The notes under the pieces are model-generated. The model searched no databases. It was not told where the DNA came from and saw nothing but the letters and a program-made list of their open reading frames with translations. The position numbers and the translations under genes are program-made. Below are positions 1 through 10,424 of a stretch of DNA of 64,000 bases, in pieces. Every line of letters begins with the position of its first letter. Position 1 is the first letter of the stretch. Source of the DNA: Bdellovibrionales bacterium. GTDB taxonomy: Bacteria; Bdellovibrionota; Bdellovibrionia; Bdellovibrionales; UBA1609. The stretch is taken from assembly GCA_965261545.1 (NCBI GenBank), contig CBDHDF010000010.1:128001-192000 (forward strand), given 5' to 3'.

Positions 1-445
1 TGACTTCTTTCAACAAAAGATCAGAAATTCTCTTAAGGGCACGATCTTTTGTGTATTTAACAGCCACACGACTGACACCAAGCTTTTTTGAAGCTCCGCC
101 CAAGCTAAGGTTTTCCCAGAAAATGTGATGTAAAACCTGTCTTTGATTCTCTGAAAGATGATTGATGATCTCTCCCAGAATTTCTTCCAGATGAAGGAAA
201 TTCTTTGGATCGGTGGCCGGAGAGAAGACTTTTTCATGATCTTCTTGAGAAAGATTCTCAGAAAGACGCCCCATCAGGCTTGAGTTCTCCATGAGAAGCT
301 CTTTTTGTTTAACGTCTACAGTGGAATCAAGATAGGTCTCCCAATCACTCGCTGACCAACTATGACAGACCTTTTTGATCTCTTCATCAGACATTGGTAA
401 GCCGTCTTTTTGGGTCCAAATTTTACTTGTACTCTTTTTTTTCAT
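1..445 (-). CDS. Sigma-70 region-4 type HTH protein (runs off the left edge; absent from the ORF track)
   Basis: Manual translation from ATG at 445 with an AAGGAG RBS gives MKKKSTSKIW...LSENQRQVLHHIFWENLSLGGASKKLGVSRVAVKYTKDRALKRI, a sigma4/HTH pattern. The frame is open to the window edge. Confidence 0.7.
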   Translation of the reverse strand, partial: MKKKSTSKIWTQKDGLPMSDEEIKKVCHSWSASDWETYLDSTVDVKQKELLMENSSLMGRLSENLSQEDHEKVFSPATDPKNFLHLEEILGEIINHLSENQRQVLHHIFWENLSLGGASKKLGVSRVAVKYTKDRALKRISDLLLKEV

Positions 446-558
446 ATCAACTCCTTGTAATGCTCCCTGCAATGTTCTCTTGTTTTCAAGGAAGCTAAGA
501 ATTAAACTCATTTTCTCACTTCTTTAATTATTTAATAATTTACTCTTCTTTCTATTCA

Positions 559-893
559 CCTCCTCTCATATATGTGAAAATGTTAATGTAGAGGATTAAC
601 AGCTCCTTCTTTTATGGCGAGAACATCTCACTCAATCAGAAACCATCAAAACCCATTCCTTGCTATTCTGAGTCTCTTTCAAATGCTTCAAAAAAAGCCT
701 TTCCCCCCTACCTATGTGAAAACGTTAATGTGGGGGGTTAACAGTCCCGTATTTATTGAAGAAAATGGAATTCATTAAAAAATCTATTTCCTCCTATTTT
801 TGAGATCCTTTCAAATACTTGCCCAAGGTCTCTCCCAAAAAAGCCATTCCCCCTACCTATGTGAAAATGTTAATGTAGGGGGTTAACAACTCC
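559..893. repeat. Three degenerate ~143-bp tandem repeats with a conserved hairpin core
   Basis: The core TATGTGAAAA(T/C)GTTAATGT(A/G)G..GG.TTAACA starts at 571, 713 and 858, each inside complementary arms (cctct/agagg; cccccc/gggggg; ccccctac/gtaggggg). Confidence 0.8.
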
Positions 894-959
894 TTATTTA
901 TTGAAAGAAGCACCTGAACTCATCACGACCCTTCCATCATTGCCTTTCAATTTATTCAA

Positions 960-975
960 TGCACAAGACGGACCA
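960..975 (-). promoter_or_regulatory. Candidate sigma54 (-24/-12) promoter
   Basis: The minus strand reads TGGTCCGTCTTGTGCA (GG-N10-GC). Palindromic 18-mers lie upstream at 1029-1046 and 1100-1117. Confidence 0.35.
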
Positions 976-1360
976 AATGTTCCAAAGACATAAATGACTG
1001 ATTTTATTGGATATTTAATTTTGAGATATGGACCATAAATAGGTCATGGCCCAAAATATTGAGTTAATTTCATCGAAGCGAAGTAAAAGTAAAGAACAGT
1101 GGACCACTTTCGGTCTATTTAAAATATGTGATGAATGATTTAAGGGATTTAGACAAACCCACAAGTGGGACAGAATAATAAAGTGATGGATTATTTGGGA
1201 CTGTAAAAATAATTGTGTAACTGCAATTTTTTTCTTAAATCTTAAAGCCACTTATGTGGCTCCACTCCTGGTAAAAAGCACAGTCCCATATTATTCGTCA
1301 ATGTATAATTGACATTTTTTCCTTCAAGCGATTTTGTCAGTCACAATGCATTATAAGTTA

Positions 1361-1498
1361 ATGGGGAGGTGGACATCTTCGCTGGTCTATATAATTGGCC
1401 TCTTTAGTTACTCTGGACTTTTGATTGTATTATGGAGCCGTAATGGGATCATATCAGAACTGGAAAGAACTCAAATAAATAATTATCATCTTGGTTGA
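1361..1498 (+). CDS. Small hydrophobic 45-aa ORF in the IS256 non-coding tail
   Basis: MGRWTSSLVYIIGLFSYSGLLIVLWSRNGIISELERTQINNYHLG*, with one TM-like stretch. Also present in IS256 copy 2. No clear RBS. Confidence 0.3.
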   Translation: MGRWTSSLVYIIGLFSYSGLLIVLWSRNGIISELERTQINNYHLG

Positions 1499-1809
1499 AA
1501 AAAAATCAGCAATGGCTCTCTCAAAAAAATGGAAATTCCAATCTCATCAAAGGGTTCATGTGTTTAGGTTCCCATACTATATTACCCCCTTTTTTTTATT
1601 TTTTTTAACTTAGGATATTCGAGAAATACCAGAATTGGGATGAAATATGAAAAAAAATGGAAACCCAAATCTGCACCAAGAGGGCATGTATTTAGGTTCC
1701 CATACTATATTACCCTAACCATAGTCTCGGTATTCCAGTACTTCTGTCAACGCCTTAGAGGGGCTTTTAAGCCCCCTTATAAGGCAGGTGGTGGACCTTA
1801 TTAAAAAAC

Positions 1810-3638
1810 TTAGTTGTCAAAACGGTCACCGTATTCAATGGCAAACCTGTTCATGGCTGGCTTCCAGTTGTGTAATGGTCGTGTCCATCGCTTAGAGGCC
1901 ATTTTTATCGCTAAATATACAACTTTTAAAGCCGACCGATCACTGGGAAATATCTTACGATTTCTGATCGCCTTGCGGATCACGCTATTTAACGACTCTA
2001 TGGCGTTTGTGGTATAAAAAATCTTTCTGATTTCATCCGGATAATCGAAAATAGTGATGAGATTGTCCCAATTCCTACGCCAAGACTTTTCAATATTCGG
2101 ATACTTTGAAGACCACTTGGTACAAAATTCCTCAAGGGCCTTTTCAGCTTCTGTCAGAGTCGTAGAGCCATAAATGGACTTGAGGTCTTGGGCGACAGCT
2201 TTCATATCCTTGGAAGGAACATAGCGAAGGGAATTGCGGACCATATGGACAATGCACAGTTGCACTTTAGACTTGGGAAAAGCCGCTGAAATGGCTTGAG
2301 GAAAACCTGTAAGACCATCTACAGAAAATATAAATACATCTTTCAACCCTCGATTTTGCAGCTCAGTCAAAACACTCAACCAAAACTTTGAACCCTCATT
2401 TTCAGAAATCCATAGGCCCAACAAGTCTTTCTGACCCTCCTCTGTAATACCAAGAGCTAGGTAAATCGCCTTATTAATAACTCTCTTGTCTTGATGGACC
2501 TTCACCACGATACAGTCCAAAAATACGATAGGGTAAGTGCTATCCAAGGGGCGGTTCTGCCAAGCCGTAACTTCATCAATAACAGCATCCGTCACGTTGG
2601 CTATCACTGAGTGGGATATCTCTGCACCATGGTAGAGGTCTTTGATAGCTCCTTGAATATCCCTGGTCGTCATTCCCCTCGCATAGAGGGTCAGGATACT
2701 GTCTTCAAAGCCCTCAAGACGAGTCTTACCCTTGGGAATGACTTGAGGTTCAAAGGAGGCACTTCGGTCACGGGGGACCTGAAGCTCCACCTCGCCTTTC
2801 TCTCCCTTTATGGTCTTTCTACTGTAACCATTGCGAGTGTTGGATTTGCGGGTCTCAGACTTCTCATGCCTCTCATAACCTAGGTGATCGTCCATTTCCG
2901 CATTAAGGGCCGTCTCTAAAACAACCTTCATCAGTTGACCCGTTATGTCGGATAAATCCTTTTGGGTCTTGACGTTCTTCGCTAGTTCCTTGCCTATCGA
3001 GTAGGCAGTGGGAACTTCCCCCACTGCCCCTCACAGAACCGTGCTTGAAAGTCTCCCCTCACACGGCTCCTATGATTTTCCGTTTCATTAGGCTCCTCCT
3101 CAGCATAACCAAGTTGGCCTGACTACTTCCATAAATCATGTGACCCCTTCGCTCCATTCTCATTACAAGAACTTCATCACTACTACGAATCACTCTGCCC
3201 CTGGTTGGTGGCATCGGTATTTAGCACTTCGGGGGTCTCCCTTATAGCGTTTCCCTTATCATCCACCAGCAGGTTCCCACGTTCCGATACGAAGCCTGTA
3301 CTAGGTTCATGCCCCCTATACACCGCACGCCGTCTAGATCGGTCATCAGGCTTCCTCTAGACTTATCCCGACGGAGACAACCTTCCTTCGGTTTTGACGC
3401 GACTGTTAATCTTTCGATGCGTCGTCGGTGGGTTTGCTTTCGCTCATCTCCCTAGTACTTACATGACCGTTTACTACGGCCTTTTCCTTGCTCGCTCACT
3501 ACAAGGGCCTTGCCTCCCATGCAGCAGCAAGGTTGTTTGCACTCAAATCCTGAAATCCGAGTGCGGAGGACCTACCTCCATCTTCACATCAGCATGTCAC
3601 CTCCGTGACTTCGTGGCACACATTGTCTTGATATCCAT
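1810..3638 (-). CDS. IS256-family transposase split by an intron in codon 6 (exons 3622-3638 and 1810-2995)
   Basis: Joining ATGGATATCAAGACAAT and AGGCAAGG reproduces the intact 400-aa copy at 55092-56294, with IS256 motifs RNGY, PRDR, SVDGL, QLCIVH and TTNAIES. Confidence 0.92.
2996..3621 (-). ncRNA. ORF-less group II intron ribozyme (626 nt)
   Basis: 5' end GTGTGCC; domain V GAGCCGTGTGAGGGGAGACTTTCAAGCACGGTTC; DVI hairpin ending ...CTCGAT. The EBS1-like loop GTTGTC (3376-3381) pairs with the exon end GACAAT. Boundaries are fixed by the empty allele in IS256 copy 2. Confidence 0.92.
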
Positions 3639-4108
3639 TCTGCCTTCTCCTTTCAAGATGATAGTTCATCCTAATATGATTCGGCAGTTACACAAAATAG
3701 TTTACAGGCTCGATTATTTTGTCATTTATTACAATAAAATATTAAACGATAACCCAAAATCTAGAAATTTTTCTTATTTTTTTATGATTTTTTATTAATG
3801 AACTCGACGGAAAACCATGAGAGTCGGAAATTCAAAATGAGTTATATTAAAAGTTTAGAAAAATCCTCTCTTGTATCTCACAATCATAATTGCAATAGCA
3901 CCTTGAGTTTGGCTTTCATTGGTAATCATAGCTCTCTGGATTCCTGTTTCAAGGGGTGATCTATTCAGTCGACATAGAGATTGGAGCCCTCATTGCCTAC
4001 TGTTTAAGAAATAGGAAGCCTAGCATCCAAGCTAGTGAGCATGAGGAAGCCTTCTAAAGGCTTTCTAAAAAAAACAAAACTGGGTTTAAGCTATCATCGG
4101 AAAATACT

Positions 4109-6163
4109 TTAACCACCATCATCGAGTCCATCGTCACTAATACTCCAACTACGATCTATGAGGGCGCTCCGTGCATCAATAGCACTATTATTGTATTTTG
4201 AATTTCCACCATGGAATGAGATATTATTCTGTTGTGAGGTGGTGTGGATTTGGTTGAGCAGGCTGCTGTATATTCCCGTGGGAAGGGTGAGTCCTTCAAG
4301 CATGCTACTCATGTCTGTGACACTAAGGAAATTCCATTGAGTCATATCGGGTTGAGCCATTGGGGCTTGCCTAAACATAGAACTCATGTTTGTGACATTG
4401 GAGACATCCCAACCGCTGACGTCGGGATTGGCAACATCTGCCCCATCAAACATATAACTCATGTTTGTGACATTGGAGACATCCCAACCGCTGACATCGG
4501 GATTGACAACATCTGCCTCATCAAACATATGACCCATGTTTGTGACATTGGAGACATCCCAATCGCTGACATCGGGATTGGCAACATCTGCCAAATAAAA
4601 CATATAACTCATATTTGTGACCTTGGATGTATCCCAGCGACTCACATCGAGATCGGCCATATTTGCATCGGAAAACATAAAGTTCATATTTGTGACCTTG
4701 GATGTATCCCAGCGACTCACATCGAGATCGGCCATATTTGCATCGTAAAACATATAACTCATATTTGTGACCTTGGATGTATCCCAACCGCTGACGTCGG
4801 GACTAGCAACATCTGCCCCACCAAACATATAACTCATATTTGTGACCTTGGATGTATCCCAACCGCTGACGTCGGGATTGGCAACATCTGCCTCATAAAA
4901 CATATAACTCATATTTGTGACCTTGGATGTATCCCAACCGCTTACGTCGGGATTGGCAACAGATGCCTCAGAAAACATAGAGTTCATGTTTGTGACATTG
5001 GAGACATCCCAATCGCTGACATCGGGATTGGCAGCTTCTGCATCATAAAACATGCTACTCATATCTGTAACCCCAGAAACATTTCCTCCACTTAGATACT
5101 CAAGGGCTTCGCATTGCCTAAAGGCTCCTTTTAAACTCCGCCACCCCACATCACCAAGATCTTTCACAAAGATGAGTTTTAATCTATGTGCTGTAGCCTC
5201 GCTATCGAAATTCCAAGCCTCAAGGGTCCCCGAAATGGTGACAGTGTAATCTCCAGCTTCGGCGTAAATATGAGTGATATCGCTGTCATCATGGGACGTG
5301 ATCTCACTGGAGGAATCATCCCCCCAATCCACAGTAAAATTAGACTTGTATCCTGAGGGCAAGGGGAGAGCGATGGCTTCACTTGTTTGAGAAGTTCTCC
5401 AAACAGAGACAAAGAAAGAGAACCCTCCATCACTGATACTCCACCCTCGTTCTTTTAAGAGTTGTCGGATATTTTCGGAACGGCTGTCGTACTTAGAGCT
5501 CCCCATATCCAATGTGAAATTTTCCTGGCTGGAGGTTTCATAAAGTCGCTGAAGGAGTGTGTTATAGACCCCTGTGGGAAGGGTGACTTCACTGAAAGTC
5601 TCATCCATCTTTGCCAAAAGAGCAAAATTCCATCCACTGAAGTCTATTTTCTTTATAGAAGTCACTCCTTTAAACATGCGATCCATGTTTGTGACATTGG
5701 AGATGTCTCCTCCTCCTACTTGGCGAAGGTTGCTGCAACCCTCAAAGGCTCCCTCTAAGTTGATCCACCCCATATTCCCTAAGTCGGTCACAGAAATGAG
5801 TTTGTCTTTGCTCCCACTGTTGTTGAAATACCAAGCCTCAAGCTCCCCCGAAATAGTGACGGTGTAGTCTCCAGACTCGGCATAGGTATGAGTGATATCG
5901 CTGTCATCATGGGATGTGATTTCACTAGAGGCACCATCACCCCAGTCCACAGTGAAATTATAATTATACCCTGATCGCAACGGAAGAGTGATGGACTCAT
6001 TTTCACTGGACAAACGCCACACAGAGATAAAGGAAGAAGCTGTCACAGAAGGAGCTTGCTTTGTATCACCACAGCCTAAAAGACTCGCCATGGTCAGGCC
6101 AACAGAGAGACCCATGGTGAGTAAAGGTAGGGTGCATCTTGTAAAAGTTTGTAATGGAGTCAA
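4109..6163 (-). CDS. Surface lipoprotein with two PKD-like (VDWGD) modules and BspA/DUF285-type 25-aa repeats
   Basis: Lipobox-like LLGC; about 10 repeats of WD(V/T)S(N/K)VTNMxxMF; AAGGAGGT RBS before a TTG start. Confidence 0.88.
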   Translation of the reverse strand: MTPLQTFTRCTLPLLTMGLSVGLTMASLLGCGDTKQAPSVTASSFISVWRLSSENESITLPLRSGYNYNFTVDWGDGASSEITSHDDSDITHTYAESGDYTVTISGELEAWYFNNSGSKDKLISVTDLGNMGWINLEGAFEGCSNLRQVGGGDISNVTNMDRMFKGVTSIKKIDFSGWNFALLAKMDETFSEVTLPTGVYNTLLQRLYETSSQENFTLDMGSSKYDSRSENIRQLLKERGWSISDGGFSFFVSVWRTSQTSEAIALPLPSGYKSNFTVDWGDDSSSEITSHDDSDITHIYAEAGDYTVTISGTLEAWNFDSEATAHRLKLIFVKDLGDVGWRSLKGAFRQCEALEYLSGGNVSGVTDMSSMFYDAEAANPDVSDWDVSNVTNMNSMFSEASVANPDVSGWDTSKVTNMSYMFYEADVANPDVSGWDTSKVTNMSYMFGGADVASPDVSGWDTSKVTNMSYMFYDANMADLDVSRWDTSKVTNMNFMFSDANMADLDVSRWDTSKVTNMSYMFYLADVANPDVSDWDVSNVTNMGHMFDEADVVNPDVSGWDVSNVTNMSYMFDGADVANPDVSGWDVSNVTNMSSMFRQAPMAQPDMTQWNFLSVTDMSSMLEGLTLPTGIYSSLLNQIHTTSQQNNISFHGGNSKYNNSAIDARSALIDRSWSISDDGLDDGG
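4345..5080 (-). repeat. 75-bp coding tandem repeats (about 10 units)
   Basis: tttgtgac(a/c)ttgga...atccca recurs every 75 bp. Confidence 0.9.
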
Positions 6164-6850
6164 AGCTTACCTCCTTCGCTCATATTTTCTTCTTTTCACC
6201 TTTTTTCTTCTCAACTTGATATAAAAAGATGTAATATATATTATATGCGCACTCTGGTTAAGGTGAAAACGCTGACTTGGATTTATGGACTTTATAAATA
6301 AGAAGATCGAAGGAAATCCTGCTCAAGGTCGTGGTCTCTAACCCACATTTCTCACAAAGATATACTGGAGTTCTATTGGGTATAGCCATAAAATTTACTG
6401 GAAAGATACTGCCGAGGCTCATGCCCTTTGCCTATTATTTTTATATCCAGTCAGAACTCACCACTCATTTTATCCTCCCCTTCATTGTGTGCCTCAGTGA
6501 AAATCTTTTACATAGTGATGGTGCAGTAAAAGACTCATTTTCCAGATGATTTTGGAACCCTATAGATAGAGGAATGGTTGAAACCCAACCTTGATTATTA
6601 GATTTTGTAAAGCTATGTGGCACAATGTGGAGCAAGAAGGCCAAACTGTTGGAGTAAATTGCACCCTCTGGTGAGATAAGAGTTCTTTCTGCTTTTACTT
6701 CCTTTACTTCCCCGTATCAACTTTAATTTTTATGATCGTACAAAAATTGATGGAATGAGGGTGTACCAGTGAAATGATGTAGACAAACAGCTTGTTTCCT
6801 GTAATACTTTATTTTTGCAACGAAATTATCAACCAAAAAGTGGGGACCTC

Positions 6851-7010
6851 ATGTCAAAATCTAAGGTAAAGTTAAAATCAAATCGTTCCAATTCAATTAC
6901 CACTGAAGTCACAACTTCCTTATCAAAATCAATGTTAGGAATGGAAGAAAGCATAAGAGATGCCTTAAATGAAGCTGGTAGCATAGCGACCAAATCGACT
7001 TTAAATCACC
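6851..7010 (+). pseudogene. N-terminal remnant resembling an ISKra4-type transposase
   Basis: LSKSMLGMEESIRDALNEAGSIATKSTLNHLD resembles the ISKra4 N-terminus as I recall it. No catalytic domain follows. Confidence 0.5.
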
Positions 7011-7185
7011 TTGATAAGGTTATTACATCGTCTGAGACAAAATTAAAAAAATGAATTGAATGCGGTTATTACATATGTTGTTGAGAATCATAAATTGATT
7101 GTTACCATCCATCTTTGACAAGAAAATAATCTAACAAAACTATCATAGATTTTTTCCGAAAAGGAATAAAAATAAGAAATTGTAT

Positions 7186-7595
7186 ATGGCAGCACAGCAA
7201 AGAACATGGGTACGTGATCCCCACAAGGTATCAAAGAAGATTCCAAAAGCATTAAAAGATGAAGTAATGAAGAATGGGGAGAAACTCGTTGAGTTATATT
7301 TGAAACCTCAATATATACAAGAACCACCAAAAAATCGAGAAGAAAATTATTTGCTGATTTGAGTTGCAAGTGGATTCGGAACTTCTTTTATTTCACATCG
7401 AAGTACCACTGCCGGTCTAAACGAGCCATAGAGCCATTTTTTACTTGGCACTTTGCTCGGCTTGGCTATCAGGTAAACAATAAATTTAAAATATCATACA
7501 TGAGACACAACGAAGAATGGCATGATCTTTACTTCGATAAATCATTAAAAGAATCCCTCAAGCTAGTCAAAAATGGAGGACATTTGGAGCCATAA
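7186..7595 (+). pseudogene. Frameshifted hypothetical gene
   Basis: ORFs 7180-7362 and 7359-7595 join into one plausible ~136-aa protein with a 1-nt shift near 7350 (ENY/LADLSCKW). Confidence 0.55.
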
Positions 7596-7654
7596 GTATA
7601 ACTTGCCGTGACTCTCAACCCACCATCTGGGAGTCAGACAGAACAGTACGAAAA

Positions 7655-8059
7655 TCATTGGAGTTGATGAGCTGTCTCTGTGGAGTGATACCCCTTCAAT
7701 GGGGTGTGCCCACTGAGAAGATCAAATATTTCTTTTGGATGAAATGGCTTGCTGATTCGCCGGATCTGATGTTTTGCGTATGAGTCTTTTATAGTAGAAA
7801 GTTGTCCTGATAGTAAAAGAAAGGGCGTGTCTTCAAATTGATGAATCTTTCGCATCATTTCTAGGCCATTGATTTTTGGCATGGAATAATCCGTTATGAG
7901 GAGGTCAATTTTCTCCGATCTCATCTGAAAAAACTTGATAGCCCACAGAGGTTTCTCGAAAGATATAGCTTGGATATTCATAAGATTCAATATTTCCAAA
8001 AGCATGATAATCATCTCTGGATCATCATCAACAACTAAGACCTTTTGATAAGTACTCAT
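7655..8059 (-). CDS. Single-domain response regulator receiver
   Basis: VLVVDDD, ITDYSMP..G, LLSG and KPF motifs; GGAGG RBS before ATG 8059. Confidence 0.9.
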   Translation of the reverse strand: MSTYQKVLVVDDDPEMIIMLLEILNLMNIQAISFEKPLWAIKFFQMRSEKIDLLITDYSMPKINGLEMMRKIHQFEDTPFLLLSGQLSTIKDSYAKHQIRRISKPFHPKEIFDLLSGHTPLKGYHSTETAHQLQ

Positions 8060-8082
8060 TTTATCCTCCCCTTCGTGTGACC

Positions 8083-8328
8083 TCAACGAAGACCTCTTGG
8101 CATAGCAATGGTGCAATAACTGGTTTTAAAATTGTCTTCTTCAAAATTCCGAGCAATACAATAGGCATCGTATTTCCTCAATAAATCTTTTTCCACTCCT
8201 GATATTGTACGACTCTCTGAAAAGACAATCTTAATCTTATTTTTTTCAAAAAGGTCATGGATTTTTTCTTTTAAATCTAGGTCCATGCATAAAACTAACA
8301 TTTCTATTTCTTCTTTTTTATTTTCCAT
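8083..8328 (-). CDS. Hypothetical protein
   Basis: 81-aa ORF, co-oriented with and just upstream of the receiver gene. Confidence 0.5.
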   Translation of the reverse strand: MENKKEEIEMLVLCMDLDLKEKIHDLFEKNKIKIVFSESRTISGVEKDLLRKYDAYCIARNFEEDNFKTSYCTIAMPRGLR

Positions 8329-8557
8329 AAATTTCCTATGAAATCTAGACTTTTCATTTTTTTTAATGAAATGCTTCTTGGCATAGGTGTTCGTGGTTTT
8401 TTTCTAATTTTAATTCCGAATTAATGGAAATACTTTTCAAGCCTCCTTTTTTACATAGAGGGAAGTGGGCGATTTATAAATATTTATAGATGGTATTTTG
8501 AGAAATGGACGCAGATTGACATTTGATATCCACGACAAGCCATGTGTTTTAAGAGAC

Positions 8558-9022
8558 TTAATTGTGTAACGAAAGAACTGTGGACTTTTGGGAACAACAG
8601 AATTTAAATTTCTTTCCACTTCCGCATGGACAGGATTGATTTCTTCCAATTTTTTCGCTTTGGTCATTTTTCTGCTGTGATGCAGACATATCTTCAGTTA
8701 CAATTTTTTTTTGCTTTTCATCTTCCAAATCCTCATCCAAATTATCAAAAAGAATATCTCCTAGATTCTGGTGAAAGTAACGATTTTTAAATTGAGATAT
8801 GAGCATCATAAAAATACATGTAAGAACCAAAAGTGTGAGTGAAGCAAAAAACAAAGAAGATGCTTGCATCTGAGTTAATGGGAGGATGAGTGCCAGTAAA
8901 TAACCAAATCCAAATACCAATAAGGAAATAAGAAGAGATATAAAGGATCCCAAAGAAAGTAATATTAAAAGTCCAAAAATCATTGCTATTTTTTGCTCCT
9001 GTCGAATACAATGAATCCGCAT
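8558..9022 (-). CDS. Membrane protein with a C-terminal SEC-C metal-binding motif (IS passenger)
   Basis: Hydrophobic N-terminal helices, an acidic linker and IGRNQSCPCGSGKKFKFCC. Confidence 0.85.
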   Translation of the reverse strand: MRIHCIRQEQKIAMIFGLLILLSLGSFISLLISLLVFGFGYLLALILPLTQMQASSLFFASLTLLVLTCIFMMLISQFKNRYFHQNLGDILFDNLDEDLEDEKQKKIVTEDMSASQQKNDQSEKIGRNQSCPCGSGKKFKFCCSQKSTVLSLHN

Positions 9023-9127
9023 AGATACAAGTGAGTTATCTACAGACTTAATGATTCTCGCGTTAGTATCTTAATAGGTCAAGATTAATTGGAGGAAATT
9101 TTTATTTTTTAAACGCAGGGGGCAAAT

Positions 9128-10372
9128 ATGAGCACGGAAGCTCAAACACTTAAAACGATCAAAAAATGTTTCAAGAAAGTTATTCCTGAAAAGGACTCTC
9201 GGGCAACCATTCCACCTCTTGAGTTTATTGTGGCTCTTGTCTTGTCATTCCAGGGAGACTCTAAGACATATTCAATAGAGGGAATTAGGAGGTTTATGAT
9301 AAGTCATTTAGGATTAAGAATTGAAAGACACAGCTTCTGGGAAAGACTCTCTAGAAAAAGATTAAAAGAGCTTCTGAGTAAACTGGTTGAAATGCTCATG
9401 ATAAAGCTATCTCATGGAGCTTTTCATGGGAGCAAAGCCATATTATTACAACTGGGAGTCTCAGACGTTCTTCTTGTTGACTCAAGCACAATAAGCCTTT
9501 GGGATGGAGCATCTGAGAATTTTCCAGGGACAAGAACAAACGCAGGAATTAAATGGCACGCTTGTTTCAGTTTATTCAGTGGTATAATGACTTGGTTCGA
9601 ATTAACTCCGTCTTCCACTAACGATAGGAAGTGCTTTCCTGATATAAAGGAACTCGTTGGAAAATTAGTCATCTTTGATTTGGGATATTGGGACTATGGC
9701 TTATTGTCATCTATTCATGAAGCTAAAGGATTTTTCTTGTCTAGAGTAAAGTCAAATGCCTCTATTCTTATTGATGCTGTTGTTGAAGGTTTGCCAGATT
9801 ACTATGTTGGAAAAGAGTTCTCTGATATTAAACTCAAGAAAAAAAACGATGTTGTTGAATTTATAGGCAGTGTCTTGTCCAATGGTAAATGGGTAAGTTT
9901 GAGAATTGTAGGCTTCTGGAATTCCTCCGAAAAACGCTATCATTGGTATTGCACGAATTTAGATGTGGCAGCGGAGTCCATATATCCAATTTATCGTTTA
10001 CGTTGGCAATGTGAACTTATTTTCAAATCTTGTAAGAATTCTTTGAATGCAAATCAGATCACCTCAAACGATCAAAATATCATAGAGAGTCTTCTTCTTG
10101 CTTCATTAGCGGCTCACCTCACATCAAGTGTTGTTTTGAGGATAGGAAGAACTAAACTCAATAAGGAACAAAATGACTCCACATCGTTTCAAAGAGTTGC
10201 TAAGGTTACCGTCTTATTAGCCTCTGATTTTATCAAATATCTCCTAAGCTCATCTCAAAAGTATTTAAATATTTTGATAGAGAAGATCAAGATATTCTCC
10301 CATGAAATTTATGACACAAACTACCGACGGCGAAAAACATCAATGAATATGGCTAAAAAGGTCTTGCTATGA
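9128..10372 (+). CDS. IS4-family transposase
   Basis: LVDSS, FDLGY and YRLRWQCELIFK (YREK) motifs. Confidence 0.93.
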   Translation: MSTEAQTLKTIKKCFKKVIPEKDSRATIPPLEFIVALVLSFQGDSKTYSIEGIRRFMISHLGLRIERHSFWERLSRKRLKELLSKLVEMLMIKLSHGAFHGSKAILLQLGVSDVLLVDSSTISLWDGASENFPGTRTNAGIKWHACFSLFSGIMTWFELTPSSTNDRKCFPDIKELVGKLVIFDLGYWDYGLLSSIHEAKGFFLSRVKSNASILIDAVVEGLPDYYVGKEFSDIKLKKKNDVVEFIGSVLSNGKWVSLRIVGFWNSSEKRYHWYCTNLDVAAESIYPIYRLRWQCELIFKSCKNSLNANQITSNDQNIIESLLLASLAAHLTSSVVLRIGRTKLNKEQNDSTSFQRVAKVTVLLASDFIKYLLSSSQKYLNILIEKIKIFSHEIYDTNYRRRKTSMNMAKKVLL

Positions 10373-10424
10373 AAGAATAAAAAACCACGAACACCTATGT
10401 GCTTCTTGGTTGATTAAAAATTAT

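Larger units (their letters stand above)
1197..3711 (-). mobile_element. IS256-family element, copy 1 (interrupted by a group II intron)
   Basis: Terminal IRs are gggactgtaaaaataattgtgtaactg and cagttacacaaaatagtttacaggctc. The 8-bp TSD GATTATTT lies at 1189-1196 and 3712-3719. Near-identical to 55019-56907 apart from a 626-bp insert. Confidence 0.95.
8382..10399 (+). mobile_element. IS4-family element carrying a passenger gene
   Basis: Perfect ~20-bp IRs cataggtgttcgtggttttt / aaaaaccacgaacacctatg; 10-bp TSD TGCTTCTTGG at 8372-8381 and 10400-10409. Confidence 0.93.

Noticed and set aside
2996..3024. N-terminus MGEVPTAYS of the 404-aa transposase ORF
   Set aside because: It derives from intron domain VI; the real start is at 3638.
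4244..5095. 283-aa Cys/His-rich ORF on the + strand
   Set aside because: Antisense shadow of the 75-bp coding repeats.
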